Source: an uncultured Chlamydiae bacterium (GTDB taxonomy: Bacteria > Chlamydiota > Chlamydiia > Chlamydiales > SM23-39). Taken from it: DNA of 64,000 bases. The DNA lies in the NCBI GenBank assembly GCA_963730605.1, contig CAVSSM010000004.1:1-64000 (forward strand), given 5' to 3'. Under the pieces are notes generated by a model. It saw only the letters and a list, made by a program, of their open reading frames with translations. It was not told where the DNA came from and made no database searches. The stretch's first letter is position 1, and each line of letters begins with the position of its first letter. Positions 1-9,580 of the stretch are shown piece after piece. The translations under genes and the position numbers were made by a program.

Positions 1-1
1 G

Positions 2-1935
2 GTGGAGTAGGGATGGAAAACCCACCCCCCTCGTCAAACCGGACTGGCGGGTTTCCCGCATCCGGCTTCCTTCGTAATCTCTCGCCATTGGCTTTCACGC
101 AAACATTCGCTTGCTCAGTTGTATCACTCCTAACCGTCTCATCTCGCGGTACCATGTTTTGCTATCCGGTGATTTCTTCCACCCTTTCTGTGAACGCCTT
201 TGCAGGAAGCGATATACTCGCCCATCTGTGTAGGCATTAATCGCACTAAAGGTTTTGCTCGGATAGCCCTTGTGAAAATATTGCCCCCAACCTCGCAGAT
301 ATTGATTCAAGGTCTTCACTACTTCCTCGACTGATTTACATCCATTCTTCGAACTAGTGATTGTCTTGATCTCTTCTCTGGCCTTATTCAGGCTTTTCTT
401 CGACGGTTGTTCCTTGCAATATTGTCTCCAAGGGGCTCTTTTGAAACTTTGCCGCCGCATGGTGAACCCTAGAAAATCTAACTCTTCCTTAGGTTTCGTT
501 AGATCCTTGATCTTTGTTTTCTCCCGATTGATTGTGAGTCCAAATCGCCCTTCTATTTCTCCTTCAACCCATGTTATGATTCTCTTTGTGAGATATCGAG
601 CCATGATGACGAAGTCATCTGCATACCTCACCAGCACTGCTTTTGCCGTGGTTCCAGGTCCTTGCGTTCCATGGAAAACCTTGTCAAACCAGTGCAGGTA
701 AATGTTTGCTAGAAGAGGCGAGATCACGCCCCCTTGGGGCGTGCCTCGATCATTCGGATTCATCGGTTTCCCTTCTTCCCAAATGGGGGCTGTTAACCAT
801 TTGCGGATCAACTTGAGTACTTGTTGATCCGCAATTCTTCTCTCGACTGCCTTCATGAGTTTGTCATGTGGAATCGTATCAAAGTACCCCTTGAGATCCG
901 CATCGTAGACTTGCGTTTTATCCTTGTGGATCGCGTCTTTGATTGCATCAATTGCTTGATGGGCCGACCTTTCGGGCCTAAACCCAAATGAGCATTCCAG
1001 GAAATCCTGTTCAAAGATAGGTTCGATGATATAGAGCAACGCTGCTTGCACCACTCGGTCTTTTACCGTGGGTATTCCCAGTGGTCTCAGTTTGCCGTCG
1101 CTCTTAGGAATATATGTTCGCTTGACTGGCTTGGGCTGGTAGATTCTGTTGCGTATTTCCTCTTGTATTCCCTTGAGGAATCCACTGACACCTTCCGGAC
1201 TTGTTTCAATGCTTCGTATCGTCACATTGTCAACTCCAGCTGCCCCTCCATTCCGCTTAACAACTTTCCAAGCTTCTCGTAGCAGGTCCTCTTTACTCAG
1301 GTGCCCGTACAAGGTGTAGAACCGAAATTTCGGTTCTCGTTTGGCCTTCTGGCCCAGTTTCTCCCTCAATGAAGCAATGCCAGAGATTACTCTCTGTTCC
1401 GTAGTAGTTTCCAATCGGCTCACTCCTTTGTTTCAAAACACAATTACGATAAGGTCCCTTCGCTCCAGAGTCATTACTTCCTTCTTCGCTAATATGGACC
1501 TCTCCGACTCCCTCTTCGATCTCACAACGGTTATTCATTCCCATCGCTCGTTTTCCCAAGTATGGCTTCGCCGATTCACTCATTCCAGTTCACGGCCTCA
1601 TTACTCCAACTTGGACCTAAAGGGTCTCCCAAGTTCCTGACTGAACTTTCATCGCGCGTCCTCCCCTTCCAACCCCGGCAGATCTCCGAGTTGCTTTCAC
1701 CTAGTCTTCACTCAGAGTATTGGTTTCCCCCGCATATGAGGGTTGACCATCTGCATTTAATTATCTAACGAGGCCACATCAGGTTCACGCTTTCGCATTG
1801 GGACTCACGACTTTGTTGACCGAGGCTCCAGGCGTAGAGTTACCTCGTTCACCCGCTCGGCTTCCTACATGTCTAGGTATTTGTCATGGTCAACTCCTTA
1901 CAGCTAACTAGTTCAGCCAAGCTTGCTTGGCGCAC
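2..1935 (-). mobile_element. Group II intron (bacterial class F-like), apparently full length
   Basis: Minus-strand 5' end GTGCG at 1935-1931; domain V/VI AAGCCGGATGCGGGAAACCCGCCAGTCCGGTTTGACGAGGGG...CCTACTCCAC at ~68-2; RT ORF inside. Class assignment is inferred from the KAKREPKFRFYxLY N-terminal motif. Confidence 0.93.
95..1423 (-). CDS. ltrA: Group II intron reverse transcriptase/maturase (no HNH endonuclease)
   Basis: RPLGIPTVKDRVVQ, GTPQGGVISPLLANIYL and YADD motifs, maturase X domain (LNQYLRGWGQYF); 442 aa. Confidence 0.97.
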   Translation of the reverse strand: MSRLETTTEQRVISGIASLREKLGQKAKREPKFRFYTLYGHLSKEDLLREAWKVVKRNGGAAGVDNVTIRSIETSPEGVSGFLKGIQEEIRNRIYQPKPVKRTYIPKSDGKLRPLGIPTVKDRVVQAALLYIIEPIFEQDFLECSFGFRPERSAHQAIDAIKDAIHKDKTQVYDADLKGYFDTIPHDKLMKAVERRIADQQVLKLIRKWLTAPIWEEGKPMNPNDRGTPQGGVISPLLANIYLHWFDKVFHGTQGPGTTAKAVLVRYADDFVIMARYLTKRIITWVEGEIEGRFGLTINREKTKIKDLTKPKEELDFLGFTMRRQSFKRAPWRQYCKEQPSKKSLNKAREEIKTITSSKNGCKSVEEVVKTLNQYLRGWGQYFHKGYPSKTFSAINAYTDGRVYRFLQRRSQKGWKKSPDSKTWYREMRRLGVIQLSKRMFA

Positions 1936-2022
1936 ATACGAATGATAAAAATTTATCTTTCTTCTCATCGTGCCTATCGTTTCATCGTTCAAATCGTTGC
2001 TCCTGCGATGCCGTGTACGGTC

Positions 2023-3570
2023 TTATTTCACCTGGATGGCGGGAGCGACTCGTCGGAATAGGAAGACGACGACGGCGATCCAGCCGAGGCAGACAGCCGC
2101 GGAAACGGCGCTTGTCATGCCGAGGATTTCCGAGCCGAAGATGAGTTGAAGCCCTAAGATGCAAATGGAGACGAAAGCCTTGGCCGACCGGTAGGCGAAG
2201 ACGTCGATGATCGCCTTGGCCCGGAATTTTTCGTCCAGCTTCATCGGGATGTAGAGCATTTCCCGCACCACGCCGAAAAGGGAAAAATCGACCGACTTGA
2301 TGAAGATGTAGGCAAATGAGACGATAGCGAAACTAGGGATGGCCATGGCGAGGACGGCATTTCCAAGAAGCATCAGGGGGAGGAAAAGATGGCTTCCCCG
2401 CACCCCGAAAATGTGAACCATCAAAAAGCCCCCGAGGAACTGCAAGGCTAAACTGAGGGCATTGGTCAAGCCGATCATCCGGCCCACATACTCGGTACGG
2501 AGGTCCTTTTCAAGAATGTTCAGCTCAAGATGGGCATTGAACTGATAGTCCATGAGACCCACCGAGACTTGCATGAAGATGACAAGAAGGAGTATGGCGA
2601 TCAAAAACGGTGAGCGGCGGATGAGGGAAAAGGCAACGCTTGCCCGAGGATCCAGGGTAAGGTCTTGGCTAAAGGAGCTATGTTGGATCGGACTCCTTTT
2701 GAAAGCTGCGCTATAGCTGAAGTAGATGATGAGGTAAAGAGGGAGGGTGCAAAGAAAAAGCTTTTCCGAGCCGATGTCGACCGCAAAAAAACTAGGGAGA
2801 AGGCTGCCGGTAATGGCTCCAAGAGTGCCCATTCCGAAGATGAACCCATAAAGATATTTGGCTCTCGTTGATGGGATCGTGCTGTGGATCATCGACCAGA
2901 GCTGTTTGAACATCAAGACGATGTAAATATCTTTTATAATGAATTGGACGAAGATGAATTTAGGGAAGAGGTGGAGAATCGAGGCTGAGAAAATATGGAC
3001 GGCGGTGACGATCCCCCCGACGGCGCCGATCATCTTCAGAGGGCCTATCTTGGGTAGGAAGCGGTTATAGAGAGTGACGATAAAGAGATTGATGGGGACG
3101 GAGATAAGCCAGACCCAGGGAATCGCATGAGAAGAGAAAGTAGAAAGAAAAATAGCGCTGCTGGAGGGCCTTGTGGCTGCGTATTCGGCGGAGATCGAAA
3201 ACCCGGCAAGAGCCACGAAAAAGATAAACAACTTCTCTTGACGGGTAAACCGCTCGTGAATGAAAAATCGGTTTTGGTGCGACGCCCCACCCCAAAAACG
3301 ATGCGTTTTTGGGGACCCCGGTGGCGGCGGCGGTTTTGACTCAGATTTTTCATCTTCGCTTCCGAGGCGATTCGCTGCGCTCATCTGCTCCGCACTGCGA
3401 AGGTCCACTGGACCTTCTCGTGTTTCCGCAGCCTTGCCTTTGTCAATGTCCCTCGCTCCAGCCGAAAAATCTGAGGAGCTGCTTCGCTCAAAAACAGTCC
3501 CCCGGACTATTTTTGAGTGTCCGCAGTGCCCAATTCCCGTTTTTTCAATCACTCCCAGTATAAAACTCAT
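2023..3570 (-). CDS. NTT/TLC-like (Npt family) nucleotide transporter with a 105-aa N-terminal repeat-derived insertion
   Basis: ~12 TM segments; motifs REMLYIPM..EKFRAKAIIDV and AKYLYG; ATG at 3570 overlaps the stop of the upstream HD gene (ATGA). Confidence 0.8.
   Translation of the reverse strand: MSFILGVIEKTGIGHCGHSKIVRGTVFERSSSSDFSAGARDIDKGKAAETREGPVDLRSAEQMSAANRLGSEDEKSESKPPPPPGSPKTHRFWGGASHQNRFFIHERFTRQEKLFIFFVALAGFSISAEYAATRPSSSAIFLSTFSSHAIPWVWLISVPINLFIVTLYNRFLPKIGPLKMIGAVGGIVTAVHIFSASILHLFPKFIFVQFIIKDIYIVLMFKQLWSMIHSTIPSTRAKYLYGFIFGMGTLGAITGSLLPSFFAVDIGSEKLFLCTLPLYLIIYFSYSAAFKRSPIQHSSFSQDLTLDPRASVAFSLIRRSPFLIAILLLVIFMQVSVGLMDYQFNAHLELNILEKDLRTEYVGRMIGLTNALSLALQFLGGFLMVHIFGVRGSHLFLPLMLLGNAVLAMAIPSFAIVSFAYIFIKSVDFSLFGVVREMLYIPMKLDEKFRAKAIIDVFAYRSAKAFVSICILGLQLIFGSEILGMTSAVSAAVCLGWIAVVVFLFRRVAPAIQVK
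3247..3562. repeat. Composite nested palindromic element (outer element with terminal inverted repeats, inner 3340-3475 palindrome, REP-like hairpin 3288-3322)
   Basis: Outer IR GTGAATGAAAAATCGG / CCGTTTTTTCAATCAC; inner IR CTCAGATTTTTC / GAAAAATCTGAG centred on GAAGGTCCA-C-TGGACCTTC; TTTA direct repeat at both ends on the minus strand. Confidence 0.8.
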
Positions 3571-4880
3571 GCGGGGACCCAATTTTCGAGAAATTCGATG
3601 AGGCTCAGATCCCGCTCCGGAGAGATATAAACCCAGTTCGATTTTTTCGAAGGGACTTTCAAAAGAAGCTCGGAACAATCGCTTGCTTTCTGGATGACGA
3701 CATGGCGCCTTGCGACGGGAAATGAGAGGCGGCCCTGTGGCGGCTGGACCTTATGGAATTCCCAGTCAATGTCCTTGTCGGGAATTTTCTCATTTGTTTT
3801 GAATTCTTTGAGGTCCCGTTCGATCATCGCTTCAGGCAAGGAGATCGCCCGGAACCGCTGCTTTCGGTAAATGATGCAGCGGGCGTCGTCATGGCCGGGC
3901 AGGGCCTGGTCTCGCGCAGCCTTATTCAATGAAGAGATGATGTCGGTATCGCTTAAGCTTAAAAAATCGTCGAGGGTTTGAAACATTTTTGATGAGTAAT
4001 TGGCGCGCATATAGCGTCTTAAATGGAAATGATAGGCTTTTACGGAAGAGTACTGGTAGATCCTCCGATGCATAAAATGGCGCGCCAGAAGAAGAGCTTC
4101 GCACGACTCGAGCCCGTTTTCATCGATGCCGAGCTGCAGTTCGTCTGCCCCATGGTCTGCTGAAGGGAGGATTCGGAGCATTTCGATCAGTTGGTGGTAA
4201 TCGAAAAGACCGTAAACGACGCCAGTGCTCCTGGCATCGCGAAGAAGATAGTCGATCCGGTCAGCGCCGAAAAAGTCGCCAGTGATCAGCTCCGAAACAA
4301 TCCGCTCCCAGGGGGTGAACGACTTTCCCGTTGCGGCTTTCCACCTCCCCTCCCCGACCGAAATTTTCTTGATGTCTTCCACGATGTCCCGTTCGACAAG
4401 ATCTTTCATGTATGTGGGAACGCTCTGGAGCTTCTCCCAAACGGGGCGCAAATAAGGGCTGTCGATAATCTTGAGAGTCCAACTCTCATGGCCCTGCTGC
4501 CCCAAAAAATCCGTTTCGGCGACATGCGAAAACGGGAGATGGCCGAGGTCGTGGCAAAGAGCCGCCATCCGCAGCACGCGGCGCCAATACAGGTAGTCGG
4601 CAGAGCCTTTCCTTGGGACAAAATGAAACACGTCGGCCCGGACTGATTTGCAGATCTTGTCGAACATCAGTGAAACGAGGTACATGACGCCGAGAGAATG
4701 TTCGAACCGGGTATGGGTCGCTCCAGGATAGACCAAATAAGCGATCCCAAGCTGATGGATATAGTGGAGCCTTTGGAAGGGAAGCGAATCGATCAGATCC
4801 TTTTCAAATTCATCGAACGGGATAAATCCATGGACAGGATCGTAAATCTTTTTTTCGGCATGAAGAAAATCTTTAACCAT
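3567..4880 (-). CDS. HD-domain phosphohydrolase (SAMHD1/YwfO-like dNTP triphosphohydrolase family)
   Basis: IYDPVHG, FQRL..I.QLG, HTRFEHSLG, ALCHDLGHLPFSH, ADRIDYLLRD; probable start MVKDF at 4880. Confidence 0.9.
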   Translation of the reverse strand: MVKDFLHAEKKIYDPVHGFIPFDEFEKDLIDSLPFQRLHYIHQLGIAYLVYPGATHTRFEHSLGVMYLVSLMFDKICKSVRADVFHFVPRKGSADYLYWRRVLRMAALCHDLGHLPFSHVAETDFLGQQGHESWTLKIIDSPYLRPVWEKLQSVPTYMKDLVERDIVEDIKKISVGEGRWKAATGKSFTPWERIVSELITGDFFGADRIDYLLRDARSTGVVYGLFDYHQLIEMLRILPSADHGADELQLGIDENGLESCEALLLARHFMHRRIYQYSSVKAYHFHLRRYMRANYSSKMFQTLDDFLSLSDTDIISSLNKAARDQALPGHDDARCIIYRKQRFRAISLPEAMIERDLKEFKTNEKIPDKDIDWEFHKVQPPQGRLSFPVARRHVVIQKASDCSELLLKVPSKKSNWVYISPERDLSLIEFLENWVPA

Positions 4881-4882
4881 AG

Positions 4883-5070
4883 TATACCGCTCGTGATTGA
4901 AAAATCGGTTCTGGCGACGCCCCACCCCAAAACCGATGCGGTTTTGAGGACCCCGGGTGCGCCATCGGGCAGCCACTGAATTTGTGTCCCGCCTGCTTCC
5001 CTTGCAAAAGAGCGAACCCCCGAGCTTTTTCAAGTATCCGCAGCCTTGCCATATTCCCGATTCTTCATGT
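4883..5070. repeat. Second copy of the outer palindromic element with REP-like hairpin
   Basis: TATACCGCTCGTGATTGAAAAATCGG...GCGACGCCCCACCCCAAAA...GGACCCCGG closely matches 3247-3322; the right arm TCCGCAG...ATTCCCG matches 3517-3545. Confidence 0.8.
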
Positions 5071-5116
5071 TTTTTGAGTTAGTCCCCATGAAAAGCAACC
5101 CTTCACCCCAAGAATC

Positions 5117-6118
5117 TCAGGGCCGCGGGAGGCTCTCGTGGATGTAGGTAGCGCTGACTCGAACAAACTCAGCCTTCCTTTGCAATTCCTTGATATTGCG
5201 GGCTCCGCCATAGGTCATACCGCTGCGGATCCCTCCAAGGAGGGCATTGATGAGGTCACAGGCGCTTCCAGACACCGGCCCCCAAAAATCAATCCCTTCG
5301 GCGACAGTCTTGGCTTTGAGCCCCCCATAAAATTCATTTTGAAAATCGATGGAGGCCTGGCCGCGGAACTTCGCTTCCACTCCGCCATGCCCCCCTTTTC
5401 GTTTGGGCGCGGCCGACTCTTGGGTCAGGGCAAAGAGCTTGCCGATCATGACGGTGCTGGCCCCGGCGGCTAAAGCGAGGACGACATCGCGGCTGGTCCT
5501 GATTCCACCATCGGCAATCAGCGGCACTCTGAGCTTTTCTGCGATGAGGGCGCAGTCTTGCACAGCGGTAAATTGAGGGATCCCAAATCCCGTCACCATG
5601 CGGGTCGTACAGGCGGCTCCCGGCCCGACCCCTACTTTTACGGCATCGGCTCCTGCGTTGACGAGGTCATGATAGGCCATTGCAGTGCAAACGTTGCCTG
5701 CGATGATCTCTTTATCGGGATGCCTTTTCTTGAGCTCTTCAATATGCTGGAACATCCGGTCGGAGTGTCCGTGGGCCACGTCGATGCAAGCGCCAACGGC
5801 GCCTAGCTCGAGGAGTTTGGAGGTCTCTTCGATTTTTTGAATCCCGCACGAGATGAACGTTTTGTCTTTATATTTTTTGACCCATTTTTCCTGTTCTTCC
5901 AAAGGGAGGAATCGATGGAGAATGGGAATGGAGCCAGACTCAATGAGGATATCAGCCAGCTCCTGGCTGATGACGGTATCCATATTCGCAGCTAAAACCG
6001 GCATGTTGACTTTGAGTTTTTTCGTCAGCCAGCTTTCCAGCGAGGGCTCAGTTCGAGAAGGAATGTTGTTGAATTGAGGAACAAGAGCAACATCATCATA
6101 GGTAAGGGCGCGGCGCAT
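5117..6118 (-). CDS. IMP dehydrogenase / GMP reductase family protein lacking CBS domains
   Basis: [61 protein letters not shown] before ATG 6118. guaB versus guaC is not resolvable by eye. Confidence 0.88.
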   Translation of the reverse strand: MRRALTYDDVALVPQFNNIPSRTEPSLESWLTKKLKVNMPVLAANMDTVISQELADILIESGSIPILHRFLPLEEQEKWVKKYKDKTFISCGIQKIEETSKLLELGAVGACIDVAHGHSDRMFQHIEELKKRHPDKEIIAGNVCTAMAYHDLVNAGADAVKVGVGPGAACTTRMVTGFGIPQFTAVQDCALIAEKLRVPLIADGGIRTSRDVVLALAAGASTVMIGKLFALTQESAAPKRKGGHGGVEAKFRGQASIDFQNEFYGGLKAKTVAEGIDFWGPVSGSACDLINALLGGIRSGMTYGGARNIKELQRKAEFVRVSATYIHESLPRP

Positions 6119-6293
6119 ATTTTCTCCTAAACTATGGATTCTATCGAATCTCTCGTATTTAGAACGAGCCCCCATTTTTACCGGGATAGATTCTTGCTCA
6201 TCCCAATATTAATTTTTACAAAATTTTATCAACTTATATTTACTTTTATTTACTATTTATATAAAATTAATATCAGTTAATTAGGATTGTAAT

Positions 6294-7343
6294 ATGTCAA
6301 CAAACCCATTATCAGCATCAGAACATTCTCTTCCCTTATTTGTGAAGCCAGAGGAGTCATATCAGGATAAAACTGAGCCCTCAGCGACCGCTCAAAAACG
6401 GCCCGGGAACTCGATCAGGGAGCTGACTGATAACTTCTTCCGCGATTTCCCATGGGCAGGGCTCTCCCACGCCAATATCAATCTCCTTGGGCAGCCGGCG
6501 CCTGCCTTGAATCTGACGGGATCCCTTTCAAGCCTTATCACGAGCGGCGCGTTCCTCGGACCCATGGCGGCTCAATTTCTGTTTGGATCGGCTCCGATGG
6601 TGATCTTAGCAGCGGGCGAGACGATTTACAGGAAATTGAAAGGCGAGACGCTCCCTCCGGAGGAAATAGCGAAGATCTGGGCTCCCCCAACAGCCGCTGC
6701 GCTCGCTATCCCGATGTGGGACATCGGGCAATTGATCGGCGCTCACCTCGGGGCGACAAGCTCGCTTTTTCAAAGTTCTCCCCAATGGTTCGGCTTATCG
6801 ATCGCGGCAGGGATAATCGCCGCTCCGTTTGCTGGCGTCTTGGAGGGATTCACTCAATGGAGCGTCAAGTATCTCTTCGATGTGGCGACCAATCCCGTGA
6901 CGCGGGAGATGTGGCGTCAAGACCCTGCCCTGATGGGAAAAGTCTTGGTCAAGGAATTGCTGTTGAACGTGACCATTGGCGCGATCCCGGGAGCTATTTG
7001 GCAGGTCGTATTCTTCTTTGCTATGGCAGGCCTTACGGTAGCGCTTGGGCCGGTGGGTGGGATCATCCTCGCCGCACTTCTTGTCGGACTCGCAGTCATG
7101 CTCTGCAACTTTGTCTGCACTCACTTGATCAATAAGGCAAGCGGCGCCATCGACCATTGTATAGGATGGGATACGGAATTGGAAGAGCTGAAAAAACGGA
7201 GCAGAGATAAGTTGTCCACGAAAATCGAGGAATTCCCAACTAAGAATAATGTGGACTCGTCAGAAGCTGAGAACGATGTGGACTTCCAGGAAGTCCAGCC
7301 CCCTCAAACCGGCGAAGCGGGCAACCAAGGCCTGTCGGGATAA
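6294..7343 (+). CDS. Hypothetical multi-pass membrane protein (lineage-specific, possible Inc/effector)
   Basis: 349-aa ORF, Ser/Pro-rich N-terminus, several long hydrophobic stretches, acidic tail, very AT-rich upstream region. Confidence 0.7.
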   Translation: MSTNPLSASEHSLPLFVKPEESYQDKTEPSATAQKRPGNSIRELTDNFFRDFPWAGLSHANINLLGQPAPALNLTGSLSSLITSGAFLGPMAAQFLFGSAPMVILAAGETIYRKLKGETLPPEEIAKIWAPPTAAALAIPMWDIGQLIGAHLGATSSLFQSSPQWFGLSIAAGIIAAPFAGVLEGFTQWSVKYLFDVATNPVTREMWRQDPALMGKVLVKELLLNVTIGAIPGAIWQVVFFFAMAGLTVALGPVGGIILAALLVGLAVMLCNFVCTHLINKASGAIDHCIGWDTELEELKKRSRDKLSTKIEEFPTKNNVDSSEAENDVDFQEVQPPQTGEAGNQGLSG

Positions 7344-8569
7344 TGGAATAAGATCACGCTAATGACAGACAGCCCCGTTAGGCCTCCGAGAAGGAGAAAG
7401 GCCGCCTGGTAACTTCCGGTCAAATCGATGAGCCAGCCAGTCAGCACGGGAGCGATAATCCCGGCTAAGGAAAGGCAGCTCGAGGTGATTCCTTGGGACA
7501 ATCCCGAGCGCTCTTTGGCGATATCGATATTGACGCTGAAAAATGCGGGTTGCGGCATGAGACCAAATCCAAGGCCTAAGCTGAGCAAGATTAAGGAGCT
7601 GCTCAGCGTCGAGGTAAATCCCAGAAGCACAAAACAGATAGCGGCGAGCAGTTGACTGCTCCAGATCACATGGGAGCGGGCGATCCGGCTGCTTCCTGTC
7701 TTTTTGTAGAGCGAGTCGGAAATGATTCCCCCGGCCTTCAAGAAAAGAGCGCCGATGAGCCAAGGGATGGTCAAGTACCAGCCTACGCTCTTCAAGTTCA
7801 GTCCGTGCTGCGATAGGAAATACCCGGGCAACCATAACGTGGCAAAAAAGAGCATGTATCCAAAAGCAAAGTAAGCGGCGTTGTTGGCCATCAACGCGGG
7901 GTGGGTCAAGAGAAACCGCCAATTGATGGGAGATTTTCCCTGGGTCCCTTTGGCGCTGTCGATCAATTTTCGTTCAGCCTCGCTTACAAATTTGCAATCC
8001 TGGGGTTTGTCCTTAAAGAGCATGTACCAGACGACAGCCCAGATCATTCCGATGGCGCTGATCGCGAAAAACATGGTTCGCCAACCGAACTCGGCGACAA
8101 GATAGGAAGTGATGGGAGCGCCGGCCACCGATGAAAGCGGAATGGCGACGAGGCCTAAAGATAATGCCCTCGCCCGTTCTTGGGGAGGCAGCCAATCGCT
8201 GACGGAGCGGGTCATCGCAGGGAAATGGGGACCTTCGGCGACGCCAAGAAAAAAACGGAGCCCCACAAAGCCCCAAAACCCGGTCGCGAACCCCAAAAGT
8301 CCTACACAAAGGGACCAGCTGATCGCGGCAAGAGGCCAGACGATACGCGTTCCCCATTGATCGACGAGCCATCCTCCAAAGGCCGTCAACAGACAATATC
8401 CGAGGCCAAAGGCCGAAAGGATCATGCCAAACTGGGTGTCTGTGAAATGAAATTCCGCCTTAAGCTGACCGATCACAAAGGATATGGCCGACCGGTCGAT
8501 AAAATTCACAAGGGTGATGAAAAAAATGAGTCCCGCAATCACCCACCGATAGTGCGTTGTCTTTATCAT
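7304..8569 (-). CDS. MFS transporter (ACS/D-galactonate-like)
   Basis: VNFIDRSAIS, GGWLVDQWG, LRFFLGVAEG..FP, WLPPQERARA; start MIKTTHYRW overlaps the upstream stop. Confidence 0.9.
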   Translation of the reverse strand: MIKTTHYRWVIAGLIFFITLVNFIDRSAISFVIGQLKAEFHFTDTQFGMILSAFGLGYCLLTAFGGWLVDQWGTRIVWPLAAISWSLCVGLLGFATGFWGFVGLRFFLGVAEGPHFPAMTRSVSDWLPPQERARALSLGLVAIPLSSVAGAPITSYLVAEFGWRTMFFAISAIGMIWAVVWYMLFKDKPQDCKFVSEAERKLIDSAKGTQGKSPINWRFLLTHPALMANNAAYFAFGYMLFFATLWLPGYFLSQHGLNLKSVGWYLTIPWLIGALFLKAGGIISDSLYKKTGSSRIARSHVIWSSQLLAAICFVLLGFTSTLSSSLILLSLGLGFGLMPQPAFFSVNIDIAKERSGLSQGITSSCLSLAGIIAPVLTGWLIDLTGSYQAAFLLLGGLTGLSVISVILFHYPDRPWLPASPV

Positions 8570-9525
8570 GTTGTTAACACCTTTTTGCGATCCGCTTCTT
8601 CTTTTCTCGTTCTGTAAAGGATATACAAGTTGCTGCCTACGATTACGACCGTGCCAACCAGCGTATAGGCATCCGGTGTCTTGTTCCACCAAGTAAAGTC
8701 GAGCGCCACAACCCAGAAAAAAGTCGAATAATCGATCGGCGCGAGGATCGAAGCTTGGGCGAATCGGAGGGATTGGGCAATGGCATATTGAGCCCCTGCG
8801 GTTAAGGCGCCAACGACCGCAAAAAGGCCCCAATGGGACCATAGCATCGGTTTCCAGACGAGTGTAAAGCGAGGCGGCAAAAACCCTGGCAAGGCATTGG
8901 AGATCAAGGCTAAAACCATCATCGCCGCGAGCATCACAACGTTCGGGTAAATCGCAATCGCTAGGCTATGTTCCGTAGAAGCAAGGCGCCTCATTAAGAT
9001 TTTATTCAACGCCCCTAAAAAGGTCCCAAATAGAACGAGGAGGGCGGCCGATTCGAGGATATGGGATCCGGGGCGCATGGCGATCACGACTCCGACAAGT
9101 CCGATGCCCACTGCGATCCAGCGCTCCGGGGGGACCTTTTCCTTCAACATGATGGCGCCGAGGATAATCATAAAGAAAGGAGAGGTGTAACTGAAGGTGT
9201 AGATCGTCGTTAACGATGCGAGGGAAAAAGCGAACATGAAAGAGAAAGTATAGAACAAGTTGATGGTTAGGCGGGTTAAGTGCCTTGAAGGGTGTTGCGT
9301 ATAGAGCACCTTGCGCGGGCCGCCATGAAAATAGGTTGCGATCAAAAGAGGCACAAGCCGTGTAAAGGCGCGAAGAAACGTTGCCTGGCAGACGCTATAA
9401 GTCCCCATCAAATGTTTGATGAAGGCGTCCGATAATGGATAGAGCGCCAATCCTAAGATCATCAACGCGACCCCTAAGACGGCCCGGTTGTGGAGCCTCC
9501 GATCTGCGCTCTCAGCAATTGTCAT
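8566..9525 (-). CDS. DMT/EamA family permease
   Basis: Two EamA repeats; LKEKV..RW.AV.IG..GV, ASILAPIDY. Confidence 0.9.
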   Translation of the reverse strand: MTIAESADRRLHNRAVLGVALMILGLALYPLSDAFIKHLMGTYSVCQATFLRAFTRLVPLLIATYFHGGPRKVLYTQHPSRHLTRLTINLFYTFSFMFAFSLASLTTIYTFSYTSPFFMIILGAIMLKEKVPPERWIAVGIGLVGVVIAMRPGSHILESAALLVLFGTFLGALNKILMRRLASTEHSLAIAIYPNVVMLAAMMVLALISNALPGFLPPRFTLVWKPMLWSHWGLFAVVGALTAGAQYAIAQSLRFAQASILAPIDYSTFFWVVALDFTWWNKTPDAYTLVGTVVIVGSNLYILYRTRKEEADRKKVLTT

Positions 9526-9580
9526 AGTTCTCCCGAAAATGCATCAACAACCCTACCAAGAAATTTGCTTAAGTAAAAGA

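Noticed and set aside
95..1423. DGR, retron or defence RT acting on the LRR genes
   Set aside because: The RT lies inside canonical group II intron ends; no template/variable repeat pair with adenine-specific differences was seen
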